From Candidatus Eiseniibacteriota bacterium (GTDB lineage: Bacteria; Eisenbacteria; RBG-16-71-46; JABDJR01), in the NCBI GenBank assembly GCA_963762255.1, contig CAVXKA010000001.1:128001-192000 (forward strand): DNA of 64,000 nucleotides, read 5' to 3'. The notes beneath the pieces are model-generated. The model searched no databases, was not told where the DNA came from, and worked only from the letters and a program-made list of their open reading frames with translations. Below are positions 49,334 through 58,479 of this stretch, piece after piece. A program made the position numbers and the translations under genes. Every line of letters starts with the position of its first letter. Position 1 is the first letter of the stretch.

Positions 49334-51732
49334 CCGTGGACCAGCACCTTGCTCACTAACTTCGCCAGGTCGCCCATCAGGACCGGCTTCATGACGAACT
49401 CGTCGATCCCGAGCGCCTTGGCTGCTTCCGGGGTGATGCGCTCGCTGTAGCCCGTGCACATGATCACGGGTAGGTCGGGCCGCAGGATCTTGAGTCGCTG
49501 CGTCAGAACGTCCCCCGTGATCCCCGGCATGGTCAGGTCGGTGATGACGAGATCGACCGCGCCCGGAGCCGCCTCAATGGCGGCCAGCGCGTCCATCCCG
49601 TTCGTGCGCGTCCTGACCTCATAGCCGACCGACTGCAGCATCTCCGCCACGGCACCCGCCACCAGCGGCTCGTCGTCAACGACGAGGATGCGTCCGGTGC
49701 CTCGCTGGAGCGGTTCCGCGGCGGCTTTCCGTGCAGGCGTCTCTCGCTTCACCGCGGGGAAGTACAAGTCGAACGTCGATCCTTTCCCCGCCTCGCTGGT
49801 GACCGTGATGGCGCCGCGGCAGCTTGTCACCACGCCATGGACCACCGCGAGCCCCATGCCCGTGCCCTGTCCCTTCTCCCGCGTCGTGTAGAACGGCTCG
49901 AAGATGCGCGCCATGACCTCCGGGGACATGCCGCAACCGGTGTCGCTCACCGTGAGTCGAACGAATCGGCCGGGCTGCACGCCTGCGTGCCGGGCGGCGA
50001 AGTCCTCATCCAGGTCGACGTCCTCCAGGGTGATCTCCAGGACGCCTCCCCGGTCCTGCATGGCGAGGGCGGCGTTCGTGCAGAGATTGACCACTGCGCG
50101 ATGGATCTCGGTGGGGTCCGTGAGGACCACGCCGTCCGAATGGCAGTGAGTCCGAATCTCGACCGTAGTCGGGATGGAGGCGCGAAGCAGCTTCGCCGCT
50201 TCCTTCACGATGAGACCCACCTGGACCGGCCCTGCTTCCTGCTTCCCCTGCCGGCTGAACAGGAGGATCTGCTTCACGAGGTCGGCCGCGCGGCGAGAGC
50301 TCTGCAAGACGGCTTGCAGGTCATGCTGGAGCTTGGCGTTGTCGCCGCATTTCATCTGAGCCATCTGCGTGTAGCCGATGATCGCGCTCAGGATGTTGTT
50401 GAAGTCGTGGGCGATGCCGCCGGCCAGAGTGCCCATGGCCTGGAGCTTGTAGGCCTGGGCGTTGTGCTCTTCCATCTCGACCTGGCGGGTGACGTCGCGA
50501 CGCTCCGAGACCTGTCCCACGATGCGTCCGGCGGCGTCCCGAATCGGCGTGATGCTCGCGTCCTGCAGGATCAGTCGCCCATCCTTCCTGCGGTTGGTGA
50601 AGCGCCCCTGCCAGGTCCGGCCCGCGGCGATGGCGGCGTCGACCTCCTGGTAAAACTCCGGGGGGTGTTTGCCGCTGTCAAGGAACCTCGGCGAGAGGCC
50701 CATCACTTCCTCGCGCGAATATCCGGTCGTCCGCTCGAAGGCGGCATTCACGTACCGGATCTTGGCCTCGGCGTCGAGCAACAGGATGTCGTCGGCGGCT
50801 TGCTCGACGGCGGCGGCCAGGCTCAGCAGCCACTCTTCGGACTGCTTGCGTTCGGTGATGTCGATCCCGACCGAGATCGTGCCGATCGTCTCGTTGCCCT
50901 CCATCACGCGGCTGTTCCGCCACACGATGTACCGTTCCTCGCCCGACTTGGTCAGAATCGGGTTCTCGAACTCGACAGGGAGCCCGCCGTTGGTCAACCG
51001 TTCGAACTCGTCCCATACCCGGGGGTAGTGATCCCTCGGAACGACCACCTCGAACCAGTTCCGGCCCTCCAGATCCTCGCGTGAGTAGCCGGTGATCGAG
51101 CGCGCGGCCTCGTTGAAGACCTGCACACTTCCTTGCGCATCCAGCCCGATCACCATCGCGTTGGTGGTCGCCATGAAGCTCTCGACGTAGCCCCTGGCGG
51201 ACTGCGGCGCCGGCCCCGATCGCGCCCATTCCTTGGTGTCGCGGTAGATCACCCACGCACCGGTCAGGCATCCGCGATCCACGATTCCGGCGGCGCCGAG
51301 GTGGATTCCGCGAGTCTGACCGGTCTCGTCACGATGTTCGGTCGGAAGTCCCGTCAACGCAAAGCCGGAGTGGATGAAGAGCCGGATGAGCGCGAGTTGC
51401 TCCTCGCGGGATCCTGGCAGCACTTCGGCCAGGCCGCTCCCGCACAGATCCTCGGCGCGCTCGCCCCCGAAACGGCGGGCAAAAGCCGCGTTGCACTCCG
51501 CCACGCTGCCGCGTTCAAGGATCGCGGTCGCCATGTCCCTCTCGGGGAGACCCAGCGCGAGCGGAGGCGTGAACGTGACGCGCATGACGCCGTCGGGGAT
51601 CAGGTCCAGCGGCAGGGGATGCCTGCCGGCAGGATCGATCGGCAACGCATCGAAGTCCCCGTTGGAGACGGCTCCGGGATCCTCCCGCGCCACCGGCGCA
51701 GGTCTCCCCCGGGCAGACGAATCAAGTCCCAC
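49330..51732 (-). CDS. PAS-domain hybrid histidine kinase
   Basis: PAS domains, 'GGIAHDFNN', 'GTGMGL' and a C-terminal receiver. The start is uncertain. Confidence 0.92.
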   Translation of the reverse strand: MGLDSSARGRPAPVAREDPGAVSNGDFDALPIDPAGRHPLPLDLIPDGVMRVTFTPPLALGLPERDMATAILERGSVAECNAAFARRFGGERAEDLCGSGLAEVLPGSREEQLALIRLFIHSGFALTGLPTEHRDETGQTRGIHLGAAGIVDRGCLTGAWVIYRDTKEWARSGPAPQSARGYVESFMATTNAMVIGLDAQGSVQVFNEAARSITGYSREDLEGRNWFEVVVPRDHYPRVWDEFERLTNGGLPVEFENPILTKSGEERYIVWRNSRVMEGNETIGTISVGIDITERKQSEEWLLSLAAAVEQAADDILLLDAEAKIRYVNAAFERTTGYSREEVMGLSPRFLDSGKHPPEFYQEVDAAIAAGRTWQGRFTNRRKDGRLILQDASITPIRDAAGRIVGQVSERRDVTRQVEMEEHNAQAYKLQAMGTLAGGIAHDFNNILSAIIGYTQMAQMKCGDNAKLQHDLQAVLQSSRRAADLVKQILLFSRQGKQEAGPVQVGLIVKEAAKLLRASIPTTVEIRTHCHSDGVVLTDPTEIHRAVVNLCTNAALAMQDRGGVLEITLEDVDLDEDFAARHAGVQPGRFVRLTVSDTGCGMSPEVMARIFEPFYTTREKGQGTGMGLAVVHGVVTSCRGAITVTSEAGKGSTFDLYFPAVKRETPARKAAAEPLQRGTGRILVVDDEPLVAGAVAEMLQSVGYEVRTRTNGMDALAAIEAAPGAVDLVITDLTMPGITGDVLTQRLKILRPDLPVIMCTGYSERITPEAAKALGIDEFVMKPVLMGDLAKLVSKVLVHG

Positions 51733-51826
51733 GAACTCTCCTTCTGAGGTTGGTCGACCTTCGCTCTATCTTCGGTTCTTCTTGAGGGTTACTTGAGCGG
51801 GGGGGGCGGCCGGACTGGGGTTCGGT

Positions 51827-52741
51827 TCAGATCGGCTCGCCGGGCAGGCGCAGCGGCGCCGGAGTCGGTGCAATGACCCGAAGTTCCTGCGATTCAATAG
51901 GATGTCCCACCCGGATTTCCGCCGCATGGAGCAAATAGCCCGGATCCCCCGGGAGCGCGGTGGCGTCGCGGCCCGGCATGCCCCCGACGGTGTAGAGCGG
52001 GTCTCCCACGAGCGGGTGGCCGGCGGCGGCGAGGTGGATGCGGATCTGGTGCGGCCTCCCGGTGGCGATCACCACATCGGCAAGAAACTCAGGGCCGCGG
52101 CGCTCCAGCACCCGGACTTCGGATCGCGCGGGGCGGCCGGCGGGCGACGCCGCGTGGATCGTCCCGAGGATCGCGTGGGGAACGGGGCCGATCGGGACGT
52201 CGATGGCGAAGTTCTCGCACGCGGGGTCGCCCGCCGCAAGCGCGCGATACCGTTTCCACATCGCTCCGGTGCGCAGCGCCTCGGAGAGGTGCGCGCGTGC
52301 GCGCGCCGTGAGCGCGAAGAGCACGACACCCGAAGTCCAGCGCCCGAGGCGGTGCACCGGCGTCGCGAGCGGATCGGTGCGTCGCACCAGCGACAGAAGC
52401 GTGTTCTCGAGGTACCCCCCGCCGGGCAGGGTTGGCAGCCCGGCCGGCTTGGCTACAGCGAGAACGTGTTCGTCACGATGGAGCACGGTGTACGAGGTCG
52501 GCGCCGAGGGCTCGATCCAGGGCGGCCGCGCCCATTCCAGGACCATTCCCTCGGTGAGAAGCGCGTCGGGCCGCGCGGGCTCGCCGTCCAGAAGCACCTC
52601 GCCCGCCTCGATGCGTTCCAGCCATACGTGCTCCCTGGAGTGCGTGTAGCGCTCGCACAGATGGGCGAGCACACGCGTTCCCGGCGTAAGACGTCGCAGG
52701 CGCTCGCGATAGATGAAGCCTCGGTTCAGCGTTTCCGTCAT
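51827..52741 (-). CDS. RluA family pseudouridine synthase
   Basis: 'KPAGL', 'VHRLGRWTSG', 'TGRPHQIR', 'GDPLY'. Confidence 0.88.
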   Translation of the reverse strand: MTETLNRGFIYRERLRRLTPGTRVLAHLCERYTHSREHVWLERIEAGEVLLDGEPARPDALLTEGMVLEWARPPWIEPSAPTSYTVLHRDEHVLAVAKPAGLPTLPGGGYLENTLLSLVRRTDPLATPVHRLGRWTSGVVLFALTARARAHLSEALRTGAMWKRYRALAAGDPACENFAIDVPIGPVPHAILGTIHAASPAGRPARSEVRVLERRGPEFLADVVIATGRPHQIRIHLAAAGHPLVGDPLYTVGGMPGRDATALPGDPGYLLHAAEIRVGHPIESQELRVIAPTPAPLRLPGEPI

Positions 52742-52946
52742 GCCATCATCCTGAACCACTGCGGGCCTTGAGAAAAGTCTCGCCATATCCCCCGCATCTG
52801 TTATGCTGCCCCCTTCGCGCACTTCGGTCTGCGCCGCGCAGGCGGTCGTAACTAGTACGTCTGGCCTCCAAACTCTTAGTCATTATCCCGCCTAGACCGT
52901 CCCATGGCTCATCGCTCTGGGTAGGCTCGCACCCAGGAGCGTTTCC

Positions 52947-54533
52947 ATGTCGTTTCGTACTCTCGGCCTTCGGGCCGAGCTACTCCGTGCCGTTTCCGAT
53001 GAGGGCTATGACCGGCCCACCCCCGTGCAAACCCGGGCCATTCCCGTGGTCCTTGCGGGACGCGATCTCATGGCCGAGGCCCAGACCGGGACCGGCAAGA
53101 CCGCGGCTTTCGTCCTTCCCATGCTGCAACTCTTGAGCGCGCCACCGGCGAGTCCGGCGACCGCGAAGGGCGCGGGCGAGCGGCGAGGCCGTTCCCCCGT
53201 TGCCCCCGTGCGCGCCCTCATCCTCACCCCCACGCGAGAGCTGGCCGCGCAGGTCGAGGAAAGCGTGAAAACCTACGGCAGGCACCTGCCCCAGCGATCC
53301 GCCGTGATCTTCGGCGGCGTGAGCGCGGTGCCTCAGCTTGCCGCGCTCCGCAAGGGCGTCGATATCGTGGTGGCCACGCCGGGACGTCTTCTCGACCACA
53401 TCACGCAGAAGAACATCGATCTGTCCCGGATCGAGATCCTCGTGCTGGACGAAGCGGATCGCATGCTCGACATGGGCTTCATCCGGGACATTCGCAAGAT
53501 CCTCGCCGTGCTGCCCCGCGATCGCCAGAACCTGCTCTTCTCCGCGACGTTCTCGGACGAGATCAAGAAGCTGGCGGGCGACATCCTGCGCTCTCCGGAG
53601 ACGGTGCAGGTGGATCGACGCAACGCGCCGCCCGAGCTGGTGGCGCAGGTGATCCATCCCGTCGACCGGCATCGCAAGCGCGAGCTGCTCTCGCACCTGA
53701 TCAGCGCCGGAAAGTGGAAGCAGGTGCTGGTCTTCACGCGCACGAAGCACGGAGCCAACCGGCTTGCGCAGCAGCTCGAGCTGGACGGCATCACGGCCAT
53801 GGCCATTCACGGCAACAAGAGCCAGGGCGCGCGCACCCAGGCGCTCGGAAGCTTCAAGCGCGGCACGCTGCGGGTGCTGGTAGCGACCGACATCGCCTCG
53901 CGGGGGCTCGACATCGATCAGCTCCCGCACGTGGTGAACTACGAGTTGCCGCATGTTCCGGAGGACTACGTGCACAGGATCGGGCGCACCGGTCGCGCGG
54001 GAACCGAGGGGGCCGCGGTCTCGCTGGTCTGCGTGGACGAGCACAAACTGCTCGCCGACATCGAGCGCCTGCTCAAGCGGGATCTGCCGCGGACGACCTT
54101 GCGCGGATTCGAGCCGGATCCTTCGATCGCGGCCGAGCCGATCGTGAAGGGACGCGCGCCGGCGGGCGGCGGCAAGCCGAGGGCTTCGCGGCCGGGGGCG
54201 AGTTCGCACCGGAACCCGCGGGCGGCGTCGGACTCGCGGCCGGGGGCCGGTGCACGACGCACGTCACAGCCGGCGGGGAAATCACCGAGGGCGGGGGCGT
54301 CGCACCCGCAGCGTCCTCAGGCCGCGGCAACCAGACCACAGCGCGCGCATGCGCCGGCGGCGAGTTCGGCGCGTTCCGGTGCCCCCGCAATGAAGCCACA
54401 CCGCGCCGCCGCACCGGCAGCGAAGGCGTCGTCCGACGCTTCGCCTGCGATGGGCCGAGCGCCGAGGAGCTATCCCTCGTCGTCGAGAGGGCGCCGGTCG
54501 CGACCCGCGCCGCGCCGCACGTCCTCCGTCTAG
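52947..54533 (+). CDS. rhlE: DEAD-box RNA helicase (RhlE-like)
   Basis: 'AQTGTGKT', 'DEAD', 'SAT', 'HRIGRTGR' and a basic low-complexity tail. Confidence 0.92.
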   Translation: MSFRTLGLRAELLRAVSDEGYDRPTPVQTRAIPVVLAGRDLMAEAQTGTGKTAAFVLPMLQLLSAPPASPATAKGAGERRGRSPVAPVRALILTPTRELAAQVEESVKTYGRHLPQRSAVIFGGVSAVPQLAALRKGVDIVVATPGRLLDHITQKNIDLSRIEILVLDEADRMLDMGFIRDIRKILAVLPRDRQNLLFSATFSDEIKKLAGDILRSPETVQVDRRNAPPELVAQVIHPVDRHRKRELLSHLISAGKWKQVLVFTRTKHGANRLAQQLELDGITAMAIHGNKSQGARTQALGSFKRGTLRVLVATDIASRGLDIDQLPHVVNYELPHVPEDYVHRIGRTGRAGTEGAAVSLVCVDEHKLLADIERLLKRDLPRTTLRGFEPDPSIAAEPIVKGRAPAGGGKPRASRPGASSHRNPRAASDSRPGAGARRTSQPAGKSPRAGASHPQRPQAAATRPQRAHAPAASSARSGAPAMKPHRAAAPAAKASSDASPAMGRAPRSYPSSSRGRRSRPAPRRTSSV

Positions 54534-54657
54534 TCGCACGTCCGCCGTCTGGCCGCACCGAATCCGGACACGCCGCAGCGACCGATCTCGCGCTTTCGCG
54601 CGGGTGTAGAATCCGGTCGGGCTCGGGGTCACCCCCAGACCGGGCCGGGAGGCGACC

Positions 54658-55941
54658 ATGCGAAGAGAGGCACTCGCTACCGTCGCGCTCGTTGCGGCGA
54701 TCCTCCTCGGATGCGGCGACAGTACCAAGCCAGACGGAGACGGTCGCATTCTCTGGAGTTTCCAGGCGGACGCACCCATCTATTACGGCTCCCCGGCGCT
54801 GAGCGCGGACGATTCGACCGTCTACCTGGGCACGTCCACGTGGTACTACGGGGCGGCGGATAGCGACCACGCCTTTTACGCACTCACCGTCGCCACCGGG
54901 AAGGTGAAATGGAGATACCCGCTGGGCGAGGCGATGGTGCGCTCCTCCGCGGCGGTGGCCCCCGACGGATCGGTCTACTTCGTCACCACGGGTCCCGATG
55001 AGATCGACGGCACCATCAACGATCACCTCGTTCGTCTTGATGCACGGGGGCGCTACCTCTGGAGCTACGACATCAATCCCCAGGTGAAGGGTTCACCGGT
55101 CGGCCACTCTTCGCCCGCGGTGGGTCCGGACGGCACCGTCTATGTGGCCGGCGACGTGCTGTACGCGATCAACCCCGACGGGAGCCGCAAGTGGAAGACG
55201 CTCGACAACCTCGGCGAGGACATGCGGAACTCGCCGGTGATCGGCGCCGACGGCACCGTGTATTTCGTCTATCACAACGTCCCGCTGACCGCGTTCGATC
55301 CCGAGAATGGCAGCGTGCGCTGGTCCACCCCGCTCGGGGTGAATGACCACTGCTTCGCCTCGCCGTCGATCGGCGCGGACGGCACGATCTACGTAGCCAC
55401 GAACCCCGGGGTGCTCTACGCGGTCAGCGCGTCCGGGCAGATTCTGTGGACGTTCGACACCCGGACGGTCGGCTACACCGGCACCATGCGATCCTCGCCG
55501 GCGGTGGATGCGGACGGCACGATCTATTTCGGCACCAACGAGGGGAACCCGACCCCGGCGTTCTTCGCGCTTCACCCGAACGGGACGGTGGCGTGGCGGT
55601 TCGACCCCTCGGATCTCCCCTCCGACACCCCGCCCGACCACTTCGACATCTACTCGTCACCGGCGATCGGGTCGGACGGCACGATCTACTTCGGGCAGGA
55701 GTTCGGGCGCGTGTACGCGTTGGACCCGGCGGACGGTTCCATGCGCTGGATGGAGCCCACGCACGACGGCATCACCTGGTGCTCGCCCGCGCTGACCGCG
55801 GACGGCGTGCTCGTGATCGCCGATCTCTCGGGGCGCGTCTTCGCCATGCAGACCGACAGCCGCGGGCTCAAGACCTCGGCGCCCTGGCCGAAGTTCCGCC
55901 GCGACGCGCGGAACAGCGCGTGCCGGATGGGGGGCGGGTAG
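54658..55941 (+). CDS. PQQ-like beta-propeller lipoprotein
   Basis: Lipobox 'LLGC' and repeated 'SPAIGxDGTIY' units. Confidence 0.85.
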   Translation: MRREALATVALVAAILLGCGDSTKPDGDGRILWSFQADAPIYYGSPALSADDSTVYLGTSTWYYGAADSDHAFYALTVATGKVKWRYPLGEAMVRSSAAVAPDGSVYFVTTGPDEIDGTINDHLVRLDARGRYLWSYDINPQVKGSPVGHSSPAVGPDGTVYVAGDVLYAINPDGSRKWKTLDNLGEDMRNSPVIGADGTVYFVYHNVPLTAFDPENGSVRWSTPLGVNDHCFASPSIGADGTIYVATNPGVLYAVSASGQILWTFDTRTVGYTGTMRSSPAVDADGTIYFGTNEGNPTPAFFALHPNGTVAWRFDPSDLPSDTPPDHFDIYSSPAIGSDGTIYFGQEFGRVYALDPADGSMRWMEPTHDGITWCSPALTADGVLVIADLSGRVFAMQTDSRGLKTSAPWPKFRRDARNSACRMGGG

Positions 55942-55984
55942 GCGTTCAGCAGGCCGGCGCGTCGGACTTGCGAGAGCAAACCGG

Positions 55985-57358
55985 CTAGCCCACAAGCGCA
56001 ACGCGCAGGTCCATGACGTTGGTGCGCGTCGGGCCGGTGCGCACGAGCCCTCCCGTTCGCGCGAAGAACGGATAGGCGTCGTGGCGGTCGAGGAAGTCGC
56101 GTGGGTCGAGTGTGAGGATGCGCGCGGCGCGGGCCACGCTGGCGTCGGCGAGAGCGCCGGCGGCGTCGGTCGGCCCGTCCTCGCCGTCCGTGCCTCCGCT
56201 CAAGACGATCGCCCCGCGCAACCCCGCTTCGCCGAGGTGTGCGAGCGCGGAGAGCGCCAGCTCCTGGTTGCGCCCGCCCTTGCCGTGCTCCCCGCCTAGC
56301 GTGACCGTGGTCTCGCCGCCGCTCAGTATGCACGCGGGTGTCGCGATCGGGCGCCCCTCTTCACGCACGGAGCGAACCAGCCCGGCCAGCACGATGCCAA
56401 CCTCCCGCGATTCGCCCTCGATGCGCGCGCCAAGATCCAGAACACGGTAGCCGCGCGCGCGCGCCAGACGCCCCGCCGCGCGCATCGCGATCACGTTGTT
56501 GCCGATCACCATGTTTCGCACGCGCGAAGGCAACCGCTTGGCGGTCTCGGGAAGCTCGCCCGCGGCGCCGCGCCGCAGGTGCCGCAGCACTCGCGTCGGC
56601 GTCTTCGCCTCGAGCGCGTACTTCGCCAGCACGGCCAGCGCCTCCGCGTAGGTGGTGGGATCGGGCGCGGTCGGACCCGAGGCGATCACGTCGAGCGGAT
56701 CGCCCACCACGTCGGAGACGACGAGGCTCACCACGCGCGCGCGGCCAGCAGCTTCGGCGAGTCGGCCCCCCTTCACGCGGGAGAGATGCTTGCGAACCGC
56801 GTTCATCTCGTTGATGGTGGCCCCGCAGGAGTGAAGCAAGCGGGTCGTCCGCAGCTTGTCATCGAGGGTCACGTCTCCCGCCGGTGCGGGGAGGAGCGCC
56901 GAGCCCCCGCCGGAGATAAGGCAGAGCACGAGATCGCGCGCGCCAAGTCCGCTCAGGAGATCCAGCATGCGCGCGGCGCCGGCGACACCGGCCTCGGTGG
57001 GATTGTTGTCGTATCCCGCGCGGGCGCCGTGGAGCTCGACACGCCGCAATGGATGTACCTGCGCGTCGGGCACGTTGACGCAACCGCGCACGTCGTGCGC
57101 TTCGAGCAGACGATCCCCCAGCGCTTCCTCCAGCGCCTCGGCCATGGCCCCGCCCGCCTTGCCCGCCCCCGCCACGACGACACGGCGCACGCGATCGAGA
57201 GGGACCCGCACGTCCCCTCCGATCGTCAGCGCGTTCCCGCGCACACGCACCGAGCGGCGCACCAGGAATCCTGCGTCGACCGCGCGCACGCCCGCGCCCC
57301 AGATCGCGAGCGCGTCCTCGCGCAGTGTCTTGACCGATCTGCGTCGCGTGGCGCTCAT
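55985..57358 (-). CDS. Glycerate 2-kinase (MOFRL family)
   Basis: 'GAGKA', 'ISGGGSAL', 'SGGETTV', 'GGRNQE', 'TNVMD'. Confidence 0.92.
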   Translation of the reverse strand: MSATRRRSVKTLREDALAIWGAGVRAVDAGFLVRRSVRVRGNALTIGGDVRVPLDRVRRVVVAGAGKAGGAMAEALEEALGDRLLEAHDVRGCVNVPDAQVHPLRRVELHGARAGYDNNPTEAGVAGAARMLDLLSGLGARDLVLCLISGGGSALLPAPAGDVTLDDKLRTTRLLHSCGATINEMNAVRKHLSRVKGGRLAEAAGRARVVSLVVSDVVGDPLDVIASGPTAPDPTTYAEALAVLAKYALEAKTPTRVLRHLRRGAAGELPETAKRLPSRVRNMVIGNNVIAMRAAGRLARARGYRVLDLGARIEGESREVGIVLAGLVRSVREEGRPIATPACILSGGETTVTLGGEHGKGGRNQELALSALAHLGEAGLRGAIVLSGGTDGEDGPTDAAGALADASVARAARILTLDPRDFLDRHDAYPFFARTGGLVRTGPTRTNVMDLRVALVG

Positions 57359-57445
57359 GCCTCTCCTCGTGCAAACGTTGACCGTCCCCGGGGCGCTTCC
57401 TACAATGTCGCGACAGGCCTCCGACCGCCCACCCGAGGATCATCC

Positions 57446-58438
57446 ATGTCCAAGCCCAGAGTGTTCGTGACCCGAGTCATCCCCGCCGGGGGCTTGGACC
57501 GAGTCCGGGCCGCCTGTCGCGCGGAGGTCTGGCCCGAACCGCTCCCCCCGTCGCACGAGATTCTGCGAGAAAAGGCGGCGGAGTGCGAGGGGCTTCTCAC
57601 GATGCTCACCGATCGAGTGGACTGGCGATTGATGGACGACTGCCCGCGTCTCAAGGTGGTGAGCAACTACGCGGTGGGCTACAACAATATCGACGTGCAC
57701 TCGGCGACCGAGCGCGGGATCGCGGTGGGCAACACCCCCGAGGTGCTCACCGATGCGACCGCCGACATGGCGTTCTGCCTGATGATCGCGGCGGCGCGAA
57801 GATTGGTGGAAGCCAACCGCGATCTCCTCTCCGGGCGCTGGAAGACCTGGGAGCCTCTGGGGCACGTCGGCCAGGATCTCACCGGTCGCACGCTCGGCAT
57901 CGTCGGCATGGGGCGGATCGGGACGGCGCTCTCCCGCCGATGCCACGGCGGATGGGGCATGCGCATCCTCTATGCGGACGTGAAGCGGCGCGAGCGCGCG
58001 GAAGAGGAACTGGGCGCAGAGCGCGTGGACTTCGACGAGATGCTCCGTCAGAGCGACTTCGTGAGCGTCCACACCACGCTCAACAACGGAACGCGCGGCA
58101 TGTTCAACGCCGCCGTCTTCCGAAAGATGAAGCGCACCGCGGTGTTCGTGAACACCGCGCGGGGCCCCATCCACGTGCACGAGGACCTCTACCGAGCGCT
58201 GCGGGACCGAGTGATCTTCGCCGCAGGGCTCGACGTGACCGATCCTGAGCCGCTTCCGATCGACGATCCGCTCCTCGCGCTCCCCAATATCGTGATCGCG
58301 CCGCACATCGCGAGCGCCACCGTGACGAGCCGGAACGCGATGGCGGAGATCGCGGCCGAGAACCTCCTTGCGGGACTGGACGGGCGGCCGCTGCGGGCGT
58401 GGGTGAACCCCGAGGTCGAGGGACACCGGCGCGTCTAG
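57446..58438 (+). CDS. D-glycerate dehydrogenase / glyoxylate reductase
   Basis: 'AVGYNNID', 'GMGRIG', 'NTARG', 'PHIASA'. Confidence 0.9.
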   Translation: MSKPRVFVTRVIPAGGLDRVRAACRAEVWPEPLPPSHEILREKAAECEGLLTMLTDRVDWRLMDDCPRLKVVSNYAVGYNNIDVHSATERGIAVGNTPEVLTDATADMAFCLMIAAARRLVEANRDLLSGRWKTWEPLGHVGQDLTGRTLGIVGMGRIGTALSRRCHGGWGMRILYADVKRRERAEEELGAERVDFDEMLRQSDFVSVHTTLNNGTRGMFNAAVFRKMKRTAVFVNTARGPIHVHEDLYRALRDRVIFAAGLDVTDPEPLPIDDPLLALPNIVIAPHIASATVTSRNAMAEIAAENLLAGLDGRPLRAWVNPEVEGHRRV

Positions 58439-58479
58439 TGGCGTAGTATGGTGAGGTTTCTGAGGATCGAAACCGAGCC

